64,000 nucleotides of DNA, from NCBI GenBank assembly GCA_048128005.1, contig JBEUKZ010000102.1, forward strand, positions 1 to 64,000, in the 5' to 3' direction. This DNA comes from Veleropilina oligotropha. Its lineage: Eukaryota. Positions 35,133 to 45,781 of this stretch are shown one piece after another. Positions within the stretch are counted from its first letter, which is position 1, and each line of letters starts with the position of its first letter. A program made the translations under genes and the position numbers. The notes under the pieces are model-generated. The model made no database searches and was not told the origin of the DNA. It saw only the letters and a list, made by a program, of their open reading frames with translations.

Positions 35133-37097
35133 AACTGTTGATGTCTGCTATAAGGACATTGGGTGCTACAACGTAATGTTCATTATTGGCAGTGTGCGGT
35201 AGGTGAATGATTGATTAGCTGTAGCCATTCAGACAGATGCTGAGTTAGATCATCATATATGCTGATTACTCGATTGTCAGTTCTCAAATGATTACATTGC
35301 AATGTTTTTACACGACTACTTGAAACACTGATACAATATTGAAAGACAACATCAAACCAAAACGCTATATACATACAGACATTAAAATATGCAAACTATT
35401 TATCTCCATTAATGGACATAATTAAATACATAAAAATATATTAATTAATAAATAATATATCATTCACATGCTAATTATTATCACATCAAATTATTGTCAG
35501 GAAGAAGCACAGCATAACCCACAGGGCCGTTAAGTCTATGTATGTTGCCCAGAGCACCGAAAAATATGGTAACAGTTTGTTAGATATCGAATATACAACA
35601 GACAATTTGCAGCATAGTTATGTATCTGTCGAAAAAAACACAAACTAAGGTTGTGGGTCTGTGAACAAAACCAGTGGTGCAAATAAACAACATACCAAAC
35701 TAGTTGCTCGTTTGCGATTGCATATTGCAGACTTTAGTTTGCTTGTGCGATGGTTTAAGTTACAGTGATGTGGTTACGTTTGCTACTGAACATGTTATAT
35801 TATCAAGATACTAATTGCTACCGGTAATCTCTCTGAAATAATAAGTTTCAATTTGTCAAATGTAACATTGACATTAATATTCACAGATGGCTTAAAATAC
35901 AGCATGACATATTTCTCAAATTTTGTTTTTTGCAAACAAGTTCAGAACAATCTAAGTGACCCCAAAAGCCATAATGATATCACGTTTGAAAACATACATA
36001 TTACACGTACAGTAACACGTATCTCACAATAAGACCAGGGCATACCAAATGCATTACAAAAATGTTCATTTCATTTAAATTGTTGAAGTTAAAAATGTGA
36101 CCTCTTTCATCAATGTAATATTCACACCAGCAGCATCTTGTTTAATGTTGATCCTACGTAATAAAGTTCGTCTCCGGAGGAGATACGAGGATATTGCAAT
36201 AGGGGGATATGCATGCATGTCCATTCAAATGGCTACAAAATATTGATCTGATGTATTTATATTTCTGACACAAGATAGGTTGTATCCATGGCTCGATACC
36301 TCGAAGACGGTTTGAAATCCGGATACAGGTTTTATGTCGCAATTTACAGTTTATGAACTTTATTCTGAATCGACAACACACCTCGTGGGTACGCATATCA
36401 AATTTTAACACATGACAAATGGGGGAGGGGGGTACCTATGTACAACTTTCTCGCAGACATTTTGTGTCTTAGAGCGAATTTGTAGCATTCAATTTACTCC
36501 GTAGTTAAAATGGTTGAGACGTTCTGATATTAGTAATAACTCTAACTACTGCAAATATCTGACCATGATATAATTTACACCACTAAGCAATGATACAGTC
36601 ATTTACCGTTCCTGAAAATTTCAGATCAATCTCGGTCTGTATAGTAACTATTGCGTTATAACGAGTTAATAAGTATTGTCAATTAAGCTATATTAAAGGT
36701 TAAATCGCAATAAGATTGGCGCACAATCCCATATGACCAGTTGTTGGAGGGTTGGTCAGAGGTCCAAAATCTGATAACTACAAAATATTTTTTCTGCGAT
36801 ACATTCTGTTTTTTTTATGTAATGCATTTTGTACCCCTAATGTTACCCTTCTCGAAGATGATCCGAATCTGAATCAGTATTTGAAATTTGTATGATGAAG
36901 CATATAAACGCTCGAGACAAAAATCCTCAAACTGGAAATTATTTCAAAAGCATGATCTGGATCATCATCGATAATTTCGGGTGAATCAGATCTATATCTT
37001 TTTTATGTGAATGAACTTGCATTCAATCATATTTACGAAACTAAATGCAATACCCTCTATCCAGAAGTTTAGACATATGCTTTAATGTTAGATTTAA

Positions 37098-39834
37098 AGA
37101 GACTATTGCCCGTAAATGCATTCTTTCGCACAAGTTGTCTCTGGCACGAGTTAAAAAGACATCCTCTATTGCCCGGTTCGCGCAGATTGATACAGATTTC
37201 GCGAAGACATGATCGATATATGATCAAATGATAGACTTTTATTGAAATTATTATTGTAACTGGGCAACATATGTTATTGTCAAGTAGAAAGCTATCTTAC
37301 TTGACGATCAGAAACCAACGCAACTGGGGTACGTCGATTTACCCCAATCGAACCCCAATCGACCTCAAGTATGCAGCAACGTACCTATATCAACTATAAT
37401 ATACATCGATAATGTAAATAATATGAATTATATTAATATTAATACTTCGTTTTTGAGTCCGTCGAGCGCAAATGTTGAATTCAACTAAACGGCTCTAATT
37501 AAGCGTATTTAGACTGTTGTGTAGAAAACTACTAAAACCTCCATGTCTTATATATTTGCCCATGACGCGGCTTCAAGCCCTGATCGGGCATTCATTTGTA
37601 TTACTATAACTAGCCAGTGCCCGTCGGGTAATTAAATCTCTAGATGCCCAAATCAGTGAGGTATTGATCTTTCAACCCCTAAATCAATAGGGGCACTTCC
37701 TGACACCTGGGGAGTGTACGTGTATGTGAAGTACCCACTGTACTATTATAATATTTTGGTCTGTCAGATTAAAAATTTGTAGGTAATTTTTGATATGTAG
37801 TTTGTGGTATGTTGAAATCCGGGGTTGAAAGTCAAATGAAATTAACTGATTTTGGAAGAAAAATACATTGGGAAATGAATTTGTATGTGCTAGTCGAGGC
37901 TTTTACACTGACAGATTTTTACAAATATTCGAACGTTGGTTTCCAGTGCAAAAGCACGTTGAAATCAACTCGTTGTTTCAATGACGAATTTATATTGTAC
38001 CGTACTTTCCCGGCATAAAAAATACGTAGGCTTTTAAAAACATGTTAATCATTTAATAAAGGAAAATACAATAGACTCGTCGTTTCAATGACGATTGTCT
38101 ATAGTACCGTACTTTTCCCATCAAATAATAAATTATCTTTGTTGAAGCATATTGTGTTTAATGTATTACTTCCCTTTGTATCTTTGCATTTGTTTTGGGC
38201 AGAGTTCAATGGAAGTAAACGTTAGATAACGTTACCTAACGTTAGCTAACTATTCAAGTTGAACGGTTTTCTGAACAAAAATTGAGCAAAATAGAACGGT
38301 CAGCAGACACTGTGTGTTTGCCAGGAAATAAAAAAAATTGAAATACATGCGAAGACGTCGAATAGTCTGAATAATACTTAACTAAAAGTTAATCTATCAT
38401 AATAATGCTATTAAATGTCTATGTATTTATCTTATTTTTTTGCTCTCTGCTGTCTTGCATTGTAAATAACAACTTTGGTCGAACATGGAGAGGGGGTTAA
38501 TTTAATTTGCAACGGTTATGTGCAGTAAAATTCATTCTATACCTAATGAAGTTAATATTAATAGTTAAATGGGTTATCTACAACACGTATATGTTCAATA
38601 ATAACAGCAGTATGGAATTAATATGCAGATGCAAAATATGTATTCTTGTACTTTCTAAATTACTTGTTTATTTAGAGACTTGATTTGTTCGTATGACGAA
38701 AATTATCACCTGTCGTTCATTATCCCAAGAAGCGTTAGGTAACGTTAGCTAACGTTAGCTACTATTGAACTTGCCCTTAGCGCTATGTTTTCGGAAAAAT
38801 GCTAAAAAACATCCTTAATCTATATCCGTTGGCATTGACCTTTTGATATGCACTCCCCAGGGTCGCCAGTCATGCACCCACAAACTTTGAAGACAATCGG
38901 GTCGACGGTTCTCGAGATATTTGAAGGACAAACAAACAAACACACAGAGATTTGCGGAATTAATAGAAGGATTTAGGCAAGACGCCATATAAGGCTCGGT
39001 TTCGAGATCAAAGGTTCACTTTCTGCTTCCTCATACTTTGTGCTCGTCGGCATACGCCATATAAGGCTAGGTTTCGAGATCAGAGGTTGGCACATCTCCA
39101 ACGGTCGAACTCCAGTCAAAACAATCACATAACATTAAGCAACTTGCTTGAACTAAACTTTGTTGATAGTTAAGTAGATATATTGATACTTCTCAGAGAA
39201 ATAAAGTAATGAACTATGAAATATGGTTTGAAGTTTACAACGATTATCCTTTCGCGATTTGCGCACACAACGGAGCCGACAAGGACACTATTTAGCGCAA
39301 TAAAAATAATTATTACAAAATAAAGATAACATAATTCATTATATATTTGTATTGTTTATCATATTTGCATGCTACCAGTTGGATTTAGTTCGTGTAATTA
39401 GAACCGTTTCGCGAATTCAATATTTGTGATCCCGACTTCCGCGAACTAAAAAACGATGTACGCAATTGCAATTGGGCCTAATATAATTAAATAAATCATA
39501 ATGTGCACATTATGGATGTATATTATAGTTGACAGGGGGTCGATTGGGGTTCGATTGGGGTCGATTGGGGTAAATCGACGTGCCGACGCAAACTGTGCTC
39601 CAACTAGGTCAATTGGAAATGGACTCTGTGCGAGGTAAATAAATGCGGACCGCATTTTATTATTTTAAAATAAAATGCGGACCACATTTTATTATTTTAA
39701 AATATTCAGTAGCGATTAATTTAAACGGCAGTAAATTACTGATGAAAGTTGAGTGTTATGTTATAAACAAAAAGTGTAATGCTGTTAGTTTTCTTTTTAA
39801 AAAAGAAAGAGCCCATTTACGGGCAATAGTCTCT
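37098..39834. mobile_element. Non-autonomous Kolobok-like DNA transposon with nested insertions
   Basis: TTAA|AGAGACTATTGCCCGTAAATG ... CATTTACGGGCAATAGTCTCT|TTAA. A related partial copy lies at ~55870-56160. Confidence 0.65.
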
Positions 39835-40810
39835 TTAAATAAAATACTAATAAATATGGTCATTAGATTTATATAAATAAGATAAATTAACGATGTCAAC
39901 ATATTTATAGACAGAAGTTGTCAGATTGTTGACACTTCTAATATGACAATAAGGTCAACAGTAACATGCAAAATTGGATTTCATTAAATAAATGTTTACT
40001 TTATAATAATTAATTAGTCGAAAAATGAAATGGACAACTATCTACGTCAAAGTGCTGATGTAAAAATTAAATAAATATATGATTAAAAATAAAAATAATT
40101 TCCATTAACGTCACAATATTTCATAATCGATAATCAATAACATCTTATAAAAAATGGATCAATCATCAGGAGTAAAGCTACTAAAGTTATTACCATGTGT
40201 GATAAAATAAGTCTAAACTGCAAATACTTTTAGGCTAAAATGAAATATATGATGATAACCCTGAAGCTCAGAGCCACATTGTGATGTACATGTACCTTGA
40301 ATCACATATTCTTGACTGATAATGCAAAACATTTGCTCGAAATAAGAATCATGATTTTATGATAGAGATAATGTAACAATAACAAGAGCAGAAAGTAATT
40401 GGTCCAACACGTAAATAATAAAATTATGTTAAATACAATCTGTCTTAATATTTTTAACATTTAACCATTAAACACATTAATATTAAAATATTTTTCACAT
40501 GTAGACGTACTTTAATTAGTATATTGGCAATATTACAAGTTGGATGGTACACCGAGTGTGACTGTGCAATGACGCCAATGGTAACCATGTTAATAATCAA
40601 TGATTCTTGTGACATGCGATTATATCTTGATTCTTCACTAAGATATGTAACGCAATTGTTACATTATCTTTACTTAATACGAAATCCCATCGAAACACCA
40701 TACATATAAACTTGTATTTTGATAACAATGGTCAACCTTCAGCCAACATGACATTTGCTCATGCTTTCAGACTGAAAGCAAATGATAATTTTACTGGTTC
40801 TGGCTCTAGT

Positions 40811-41344
40811 TTATCTGTCTTTTGCCTTAATCTCTCCATTAACGGGCTCGGGAATTGTGCCTTCCTGGACAAAAGGACCCCAGTATAACTGCCTCGTCAG
40901 CTTTATGATAACGCACTCGCATACATAGCCAGCTAGAAACCATAACGGGGCATATTCCAGGGTGATCAAACCCATGAAGGCGCCTTCAAACAGCGAGTAG
41001 TCCCACGGACAAGCGTCAAAGTACTTCAGCACGTAGCCAGTGCTGAACTCCCAGACGTAAGTCCACATCATGTAGACGAAGCATCGGATATAAATCGGCA
41101 TTCCGTGATCTTTGAGAAAGAAGAAGAGACACTCAATGGCCATTCCGGAAATTCCGTATATCGGCAGAGACCAGACGCTAGTGTTTCCCGGAAACTTCCA
41201 GTTGAAATGCACCACGAATTCCCAAGCGGCAGTGAACATGACTTCCGTCACGTAACCATGGATGGCGTAAATGTAAAATCGATGGTATGTTGTAAGAGGC
41301 AAGAAAATTTGACGTTTTATCCGTGAACCCTCTGGGGCTGACAT
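40811..41344 (-). CDS. TMEM229B: Transmembrane protein 229B-like (177 aa, single coding exon)
   Basis: RFYIYAIHGYVTEVMFTA, FPGNTSVWSLPIYG, WEFSTGYVL, CPWDYS and GLITLEYAPLWF motifs. Splice acceptor TTTTCCAG lies 13 nt upstream of the ATG. Confidence 0.9.
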   Translation of the reverse strand: MSAPEGSRIKRQIFLPLTTYHRFYIYAIHGYVTEVMFTAAWEFVVHFNWKFPGNTSVWSLPIYGISGMAIECLFFFLKDHGMPIYIRCFVYMMWTYVWEFSTGYVLKYFDACPWDYSLFEGAFMGLITLEYAPLWFLAGYVCECVIIKLTRQLYWGPFVQEGTIPEPVNGEIKAKDR

Positions 41345-41872
41345 CCTGTGCCCTGGTCTGGAAAAGATAATAATAACCCAACTATTATTGACAGCTTCTA
41401 TATGTTTCACACCACCACAGAGAGAGTACCAGTACAATTAAGAAACAGAATGTATACAGCTAATCAGCCAAATAATTAATATATTCCAGAACCATCAGTG
41501 ATTGGATGTTAGCAGTATATTTTATTGGTATTATCGTATATATACAGGAACTCAAGGAGTCTTCCTAATTAAAATGAGGTTTTAATGTAAACCTAATATT
41601 AGTATAAAACATACTTACGTCCTTACTCTTGCCATAATAGTATATTATCGCCCAAACCGGAAATGGTGAATATGTCCCATAATGCACCGTTATAAGCCAA
41701 AAAAGCACACGGTTACCTCCCCTGCTCCTACCCACCACGTTCCCTAGCGAGACTTCGCCAAGTCTCGTGAGACTTCTGAACAATAGAAGTCACATGACAT
41801 CAATTCAAAGTTCAAAAACCACAAAGGAACGTAGTAGAGGGGAGGAATGCGAAACGCAGGGTGGGTAATCGT

Positions 41873-41963
41873 GTAAGGACGTAAGTATGTTTTATACTAA
41901 TATTAGGTTTACATTAAAACCTCATATATAGTTACAAACATACTTACGTCCGTACTCTTGCCA
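41873..41963. other. DIRS internal complementary region (ICR)
   Basis: ...GTTTACATTAAAACCTCAT|ATATAGTTACAAACATACTTACG... is the reverse complement of the left end joined to that of the right end (circle junction). Confidence 0.9.
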
Positions 41964-42796
41964 GAATAACCTTGGATAGGTGGGTAAGACGTTCCTTACA
42001 ACAAACCCAAACAAGATAATGACTTACTTTTCACCAATTCGATCAGCATGAAGCGTCGAGTGTGTCCGCCTAGAGTGGAATTTTTACTGAGTATTATATT
42101 CTACTCTTACCAGGCGAGAATTTCGACCAGTGTTACCGGGAGGATACGCCGTGGTGTTAGTCGGACGAGGTGAACGGAAGTGCAATCAGCCCCTGGCACG
42201 GCCGGAAGGATAAATCCCTGTAGGTCTTACGTGTCATGGACCAGTGGCAGCCAAATGGGACTCCGGGCCTATAGGCCGGTAGCCAGAGGATGCAGTCGGA
42301 TTTGTAAGCACACGGAACCTAACAGGTTGTGAAAGCTTTAAAATCAAAAGCAAAGAATTAATAGATTATATAATAATCGATATTAATAAGTAGTTCGCAT
42401 GACCAACTTGCGAACGCTAACATGGACGACATGTCACTTAAAATAAATTTTAAGGAAGCAAAAATGTTCGACATGTTACTTAAAAATAAATGTTAAGGAA
42501 TCAACATTTTAAATGTATTGAACATCGTATGTTCGATTACAGCAAAGAACATAATAATATTGAACCCTAATCCTTTTAAGATTTGTGCAAAATTATCAAA
42601 GTTGTTTTATTAAATTCAATGTGATCTGGCTTATGTCAACACTCAGTCTGACATGAGAAGTACAAAATCTTAAATTAGATTTAAGAAATGAACAGACATT
42701 GAACTGCCCCATAGGTGTTAATTACATAGCACCGTTTGGCCAACGAAAATAAAATGGCGTCAGTAAATATGCAAATGATCAATCAGAGAACAATAC

Positions 42797-45754
42797 TTAC
42801 TGATTAGAAGACCTCGGTCTAACAATAACCCGTTGTGCAGCAACACAGTGTAAACTGCTTAGGCCATCAGCCCCGGTTGAGTAGTCGCGCAGATAATGTT
42901 TGACAAACACGTTAGCGTTTTTCCAATATCCGGCCTGTAGTAACGCATTGATATTTAAATTATGGCGGAAGGCTACAGACGCTGCAATGGCCCGGACCTC
43001 ATGTGCGCGGACCGATAAAATAGTTCGGTCGTCGTCATCACAACGGATGTAAACATCTCTCACAGTTTGTGAAATCCACCGCGAAACAGTAGTCCTCGTA
43101 ATGTCGCGGGTGTAGGTGGGCAAATACGATATGAATAAACGTAATTTTCCCTGTCGCAACTCACGGGTTCTGTCTAGGTAGAATCGAAGCGCCCGGACCG
43201 GGCAATTGAAGCGGTCTGCGTCGCGCCTTCCGACTAGCGTTAGCTTGGGAATAACAACATCGGGTGCGTCCTCGTTCGGCCGCTGGTTCTTGGCTAAGAA
43301 GCCCAGAATGGGACGCAGTATCACCGACCCGTCTGACTGGAATCGTATGTCTCTTAGCTCGGAGGAGAAAGCATGAATCTCGGAACAACGCCTGCCCGAC
43401 GCTAAGGCGATCAGAAAAACTGTTTTGTGCGTCAAGTTCCTCATGGTTATCTCGGACATCGGCTCATACGGGGGTAAGAGTAATGCGTTAAGAATAAGTA
43501 CGATATTCCAGGCAGGTGGCTTAATTCTTCGGGTCGGTATCTCGAGTTCATAAGATCGTATAAAATCTGATATCGTTCGGTCGCTTGATAGGCCAGCATG
43601 GGCACGACACTGCTTTAGCGTGGTCGCGATCGTTGCCCGATAGCCTTTGACGGCGGACACTGACATACCGCGGTCGAAGAGCGACGATAAAAACTCGATA
43701 AACTTGTTCACAGGGGGACGGAGTATATTGATCTGCCTGCTGTGACACCAATCCACGTACTTAACCCATCGGTAGTCATAGACTTTTGTAGTGGAAATCC
43801 TTCTCGATCGGTAGATACGTAAGGCTGTAGCTTTAGAAAATCCTTTCTTAGCAAGGGATCGTTCGATAACCGCCAGGCGTGTAAACGTAAGTGGTTCGGC
43901 GACTCGTGGAGTACACGGGTGCGTGGTTGCATTAACAGGTCTAGTTTCTGCGGTAACGCTAACGGTCGATCGACGATCAGATCGAGGAGGGTCGGAAACC
44001 AAGGTTGCGTGCGATACAGGGGCGCTATTAGCGTTATCTCGCAACGTTCGGTCGCTGCCTTCTGTAATACCAGTGATAGAATGCACGTCGGGGGGAAGGC
44101 ATACGCGGACAGATTCTCCCATGTCATTGACATTGCGTCGACCGCCAGGGCGGCCGGGTCTGGGTACGGGGAGACATACAGAGGTAGTCGGTAATTGAAT
44201 TCTGTTGCAAACAAGTCGACTTGGGGTTGCGACCACCGGCGGCAAACCTCCCGAGCTACTCGGCTGTGTAGCGTCCACTCTGTGTGTATTATCTGTGATC
44301 TCCGAGAGAGCGAATCCGCTCTGACATTCAGCTTTCCCGGGATGTGTCGGGCTCGAATCGTCGAGTTGAGGGACATCACTAAGCGGTGTAGGTCTATTGC
44401 TCGGTCGCATAGGGGACGCGAGCGTGTACCGCCCTGGTGCTGTATGTAAGCGACGACAGTCGTGTTGTCCGTGGCGAGCATTATATGCTTGTTGCGGAGA
44501 TGTGACGAGAGGGACCGTACTGACAGGTAGACGGCTTCTAACTCTAGGAAGTTGATATGTCGTCCCTGAAGGTCTGTCGGCCATAGGCCTGATGTCTCGT
44601 AACTGTCGAGGTGACCACCCCAGCCGTCGTTCGAAGCGTCTGTGAACAGGTAAGCGTTCGGCTCTGGTGGGGATATAGGAACCGACTGGTCCGGCAAAGC
44701 GGGGTTCAACCACACTGCTGTCGTGTCGGTAAACCAATGCCGTAGATCGATGCGATCCTTCCACTGCCCCGTCCGTTGTATCCAGCGATCCCTGAAAGCC
44801 TGTTGTAACGGTCTTTTGTCCATGCGACCCGTCGGTAGCAGGGGCGCTACCGACTCGATGTGCCCCAGGACAGTGGCCAGTTGTCGCGCCGTAGTTATGT
44901 CCGATGACAGGGTGTCTTGGATAACCGCGCGTAGGTTCCGCATACGCTTCTGGGTCGGCTTCGCGGTGTACCGGACCGTATCGAAGTCGACTCCGAGGAA
45001 CGTAAACGTCGTCGAGGGCACGAAGCAGGATTTTGTCTCGTTGATCTGAAATCCCAGGCGCTTCGTCGATGACAGGGTAAAGCTCGTAGACCGGAGGCAC
45101 AGATCTCGGGACGCCCCGAGGATCAGCCAGTCGTCGAGGTACATATGTACCCTGTGCCCTAGAGAGTGTAGGAAGGCCCCCAGGGCCTGTACTGTTCTCG
45201 TGAAGACGTACGGGGCTGACGATAGACCGAACGGTAGGCACCTGAATTGGTAGATCGTCTCCCCGTGTATAAACCGAAGGTACTGATGAGCCGTGATATG
45301 CATCGGGACATGCAGATACGCGTCGGCGAGATCGATAGACGCTGCCCAGTCGCCCGGACGGATGGCCGCTCGAATCTTCGAGAGGGTTTCTTGCTGGAAT
45401 TTCTCGGTACGAAGATATAGGTTTAGGTACGAGAGATCGAGGATCGGTCTCCAGCGGCCATCGGGTTTCGGGACCAGGAAGAAATGGCTGTAAAATCCTG
45501 GTGTGCTGGGCGGCGCGGGATATATCGCTCTTTTTAGGAGCAAATCCCGCACTGCCTGGTCTAAGACCGCTTGTTTCTCTCCGTTTAGGAGGCGAGCGTG
45601 TCTTGTTGGTGGTGCCTCGGTTAAGGTCGGATGCCGGTTGAATGCCAACTTGTATCCGGCACTCACGACTAAGTGGACCCAGTTGCTGTCTGTCAGCTCT
45701 AGCCAGGGCTGGCTGTGTGCTAACAGGCACGCTCCCACCGGCGGGAGCGGGCAA
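42797..45754 (-). CDS. DIRS ORF3, tyrosine recombinase (5' part overlaps the RT ORF)
   Basis: RRCSEIHA, RAHEVRAIAAS and GYWKNANVFVKHY give the R-H-R-W-Y catalytic set. True start uncertain. Confidence 0.9.
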   Translation of the reverse strand: MPAPAGGSVPVSTQPALARADRQQLGPLSRECRIQVGIQPASDLNRGTTNKTRSPPKRRETSGLRPGSAGFAPKKSDISRAAQHTRILQPFLPGPETRWPLETDPRSLVPKPISSYREIPARNPLEDSSGHPSGRLGSVYRSRRRVSACPDAYHGSSVPSVYTRGDDLPIQVPTVRSIVSPVRLHENSTGPGGLPTLSRAQGTYVPRRLADPRGVPRSVPPVYELYPVIDEAPGISDQRDKILLRALDDVYVPRSRLRYGPVHREADPEAYAEPTRGYPRHPVIGHNYGATTGHCPGAHRVGSAPATDGSHGQKTVTTGFQGSLDTTDGAVEGSHRSTALVYRHDSSVVEPRFAGPVGSYIPTRAERLPVHRRFERRLGWSPRQLRDIRPMADRPSGTTYQLPRVRSRLPVSTVPLVTSPQQAYNARHGQHDCRRLHTAPGRYTLASPMRPSNRPTPLSDVPQLDDSSPTHPGKAECQSGFALSEITDNTHRVDATQPSSSGGLPPVVATPSRLVCNRIQLPTTSVCLPVPRPGRPGGRRNVNDMGESVRVCLPPDVHSITGITEGSDRTLRDNANSAPVSHATLVSDPPRSDRRSTVSVTAETRPVNATTHPCTPRVAEPLTFTRLAVIERSLAKKGFSKATALRIYRSRRISTTKVYDYRWVKYVDWCHSRQINILRPPVNKFIEFLSSLFDRGMSVSAVKGYRATIATTLKQCRAHAGLSSDRTISDFIRSYELEIPTRRIKPPAWNIVLILNALLLPPYEPMSEITMRNLTHKTVFLIALASGRRCSEIHAFSSELRDIRFQSDGSVILRPILGFLAKNQRPNEDAPDVVIPKLTLVGRRDADRFNCPVRALRFYLDRTRELRQGKLRLFISYLPTYTRDITRTTVSRWISQTVRDVYIRCDDDDRTILSVRAHEVRAIAASVAFRHNLNINALLQAGYWKNANVFVKHYLRDYSTGADGLSSLHCVAAQRVIVRPRSSNQ
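43708..45738 (-). CDS. DIRS ORF2: reverse transcriptase, RNase H and DAM-like methyltransferase domain
   Basis: FLVPKPDGRWRPILDL, LPFGLSSAP, YLDD, LFTDAS, INFLELEAV, DN, ADSLSR, DLFAT and AYAFPP. Confidence 0.93.
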   Translation of the reverse strand: MGACLLAHSQPWLELTDSNWVHLVVSAGYKLAFNRHPTLTEAPPTRHARLLNGEKQAVLDQAVRDLLLKRAIYPAPPSTPGFYSHFFLVPKPDGRWRPILDLSYLNLYLRTEKFQQETLSKIRAAIRPGDWAASIDLADAYLHVPMHITAHQYLRFIHGETIYQFRCLPFGLSSAPYVFTRTVQALGAFLHSLGHRVHMYLDDWLILGASRDLCLRSTSFTLSSTKRLGFQINETKSCFVPSTTFTFLGVDFDTVRYTAKPTQKRMRNLRAVIQDTLSSDITTARQLATVLGHIESVAPLLPTGRMDKRPLQQAFRDRWIQRTGQWKDRIDLRHWFTDTTAVWLNPALPDQSVPISPPEPNAYLFTDASNDGWGGHLDSYETSGLWPTDLQGRHINFLELEAVYLSVRSLSSHLRNKHIMLATDNTTVVAYIQHQGGTRSRPLCDRAIDLHRLVMSLNSTIRARHIPGKLNVRADSLSRRSQIIHTEWTLHSRVAREVCRRWSQPQVDLFATEFNYRLPLYVSPYPDPAALAVDAMSMTWENLSAYAFPPTCILSLVLQKAATERCEITLIAPLYRTQPWFPTLLDLIVDRPLALPQKLDLLMQPRTRVLHESPNHLRLHAWRLSNDPLLRKDFLKLQPYVSTDREGFPLQKSMTTDGLSTWIGVTAGRSIYSVPL

Positions 45755-45781
45755 CTGGGGCCGTCGCGAATGCCGGCAGCC

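Noticed and set aside
41345..41437. N-terminal extension of TMEM229B in the ORF track
   Set aside because: Non-ATG start; it crosses a clear splice acceptor and is probably intron plus 5' UTR.
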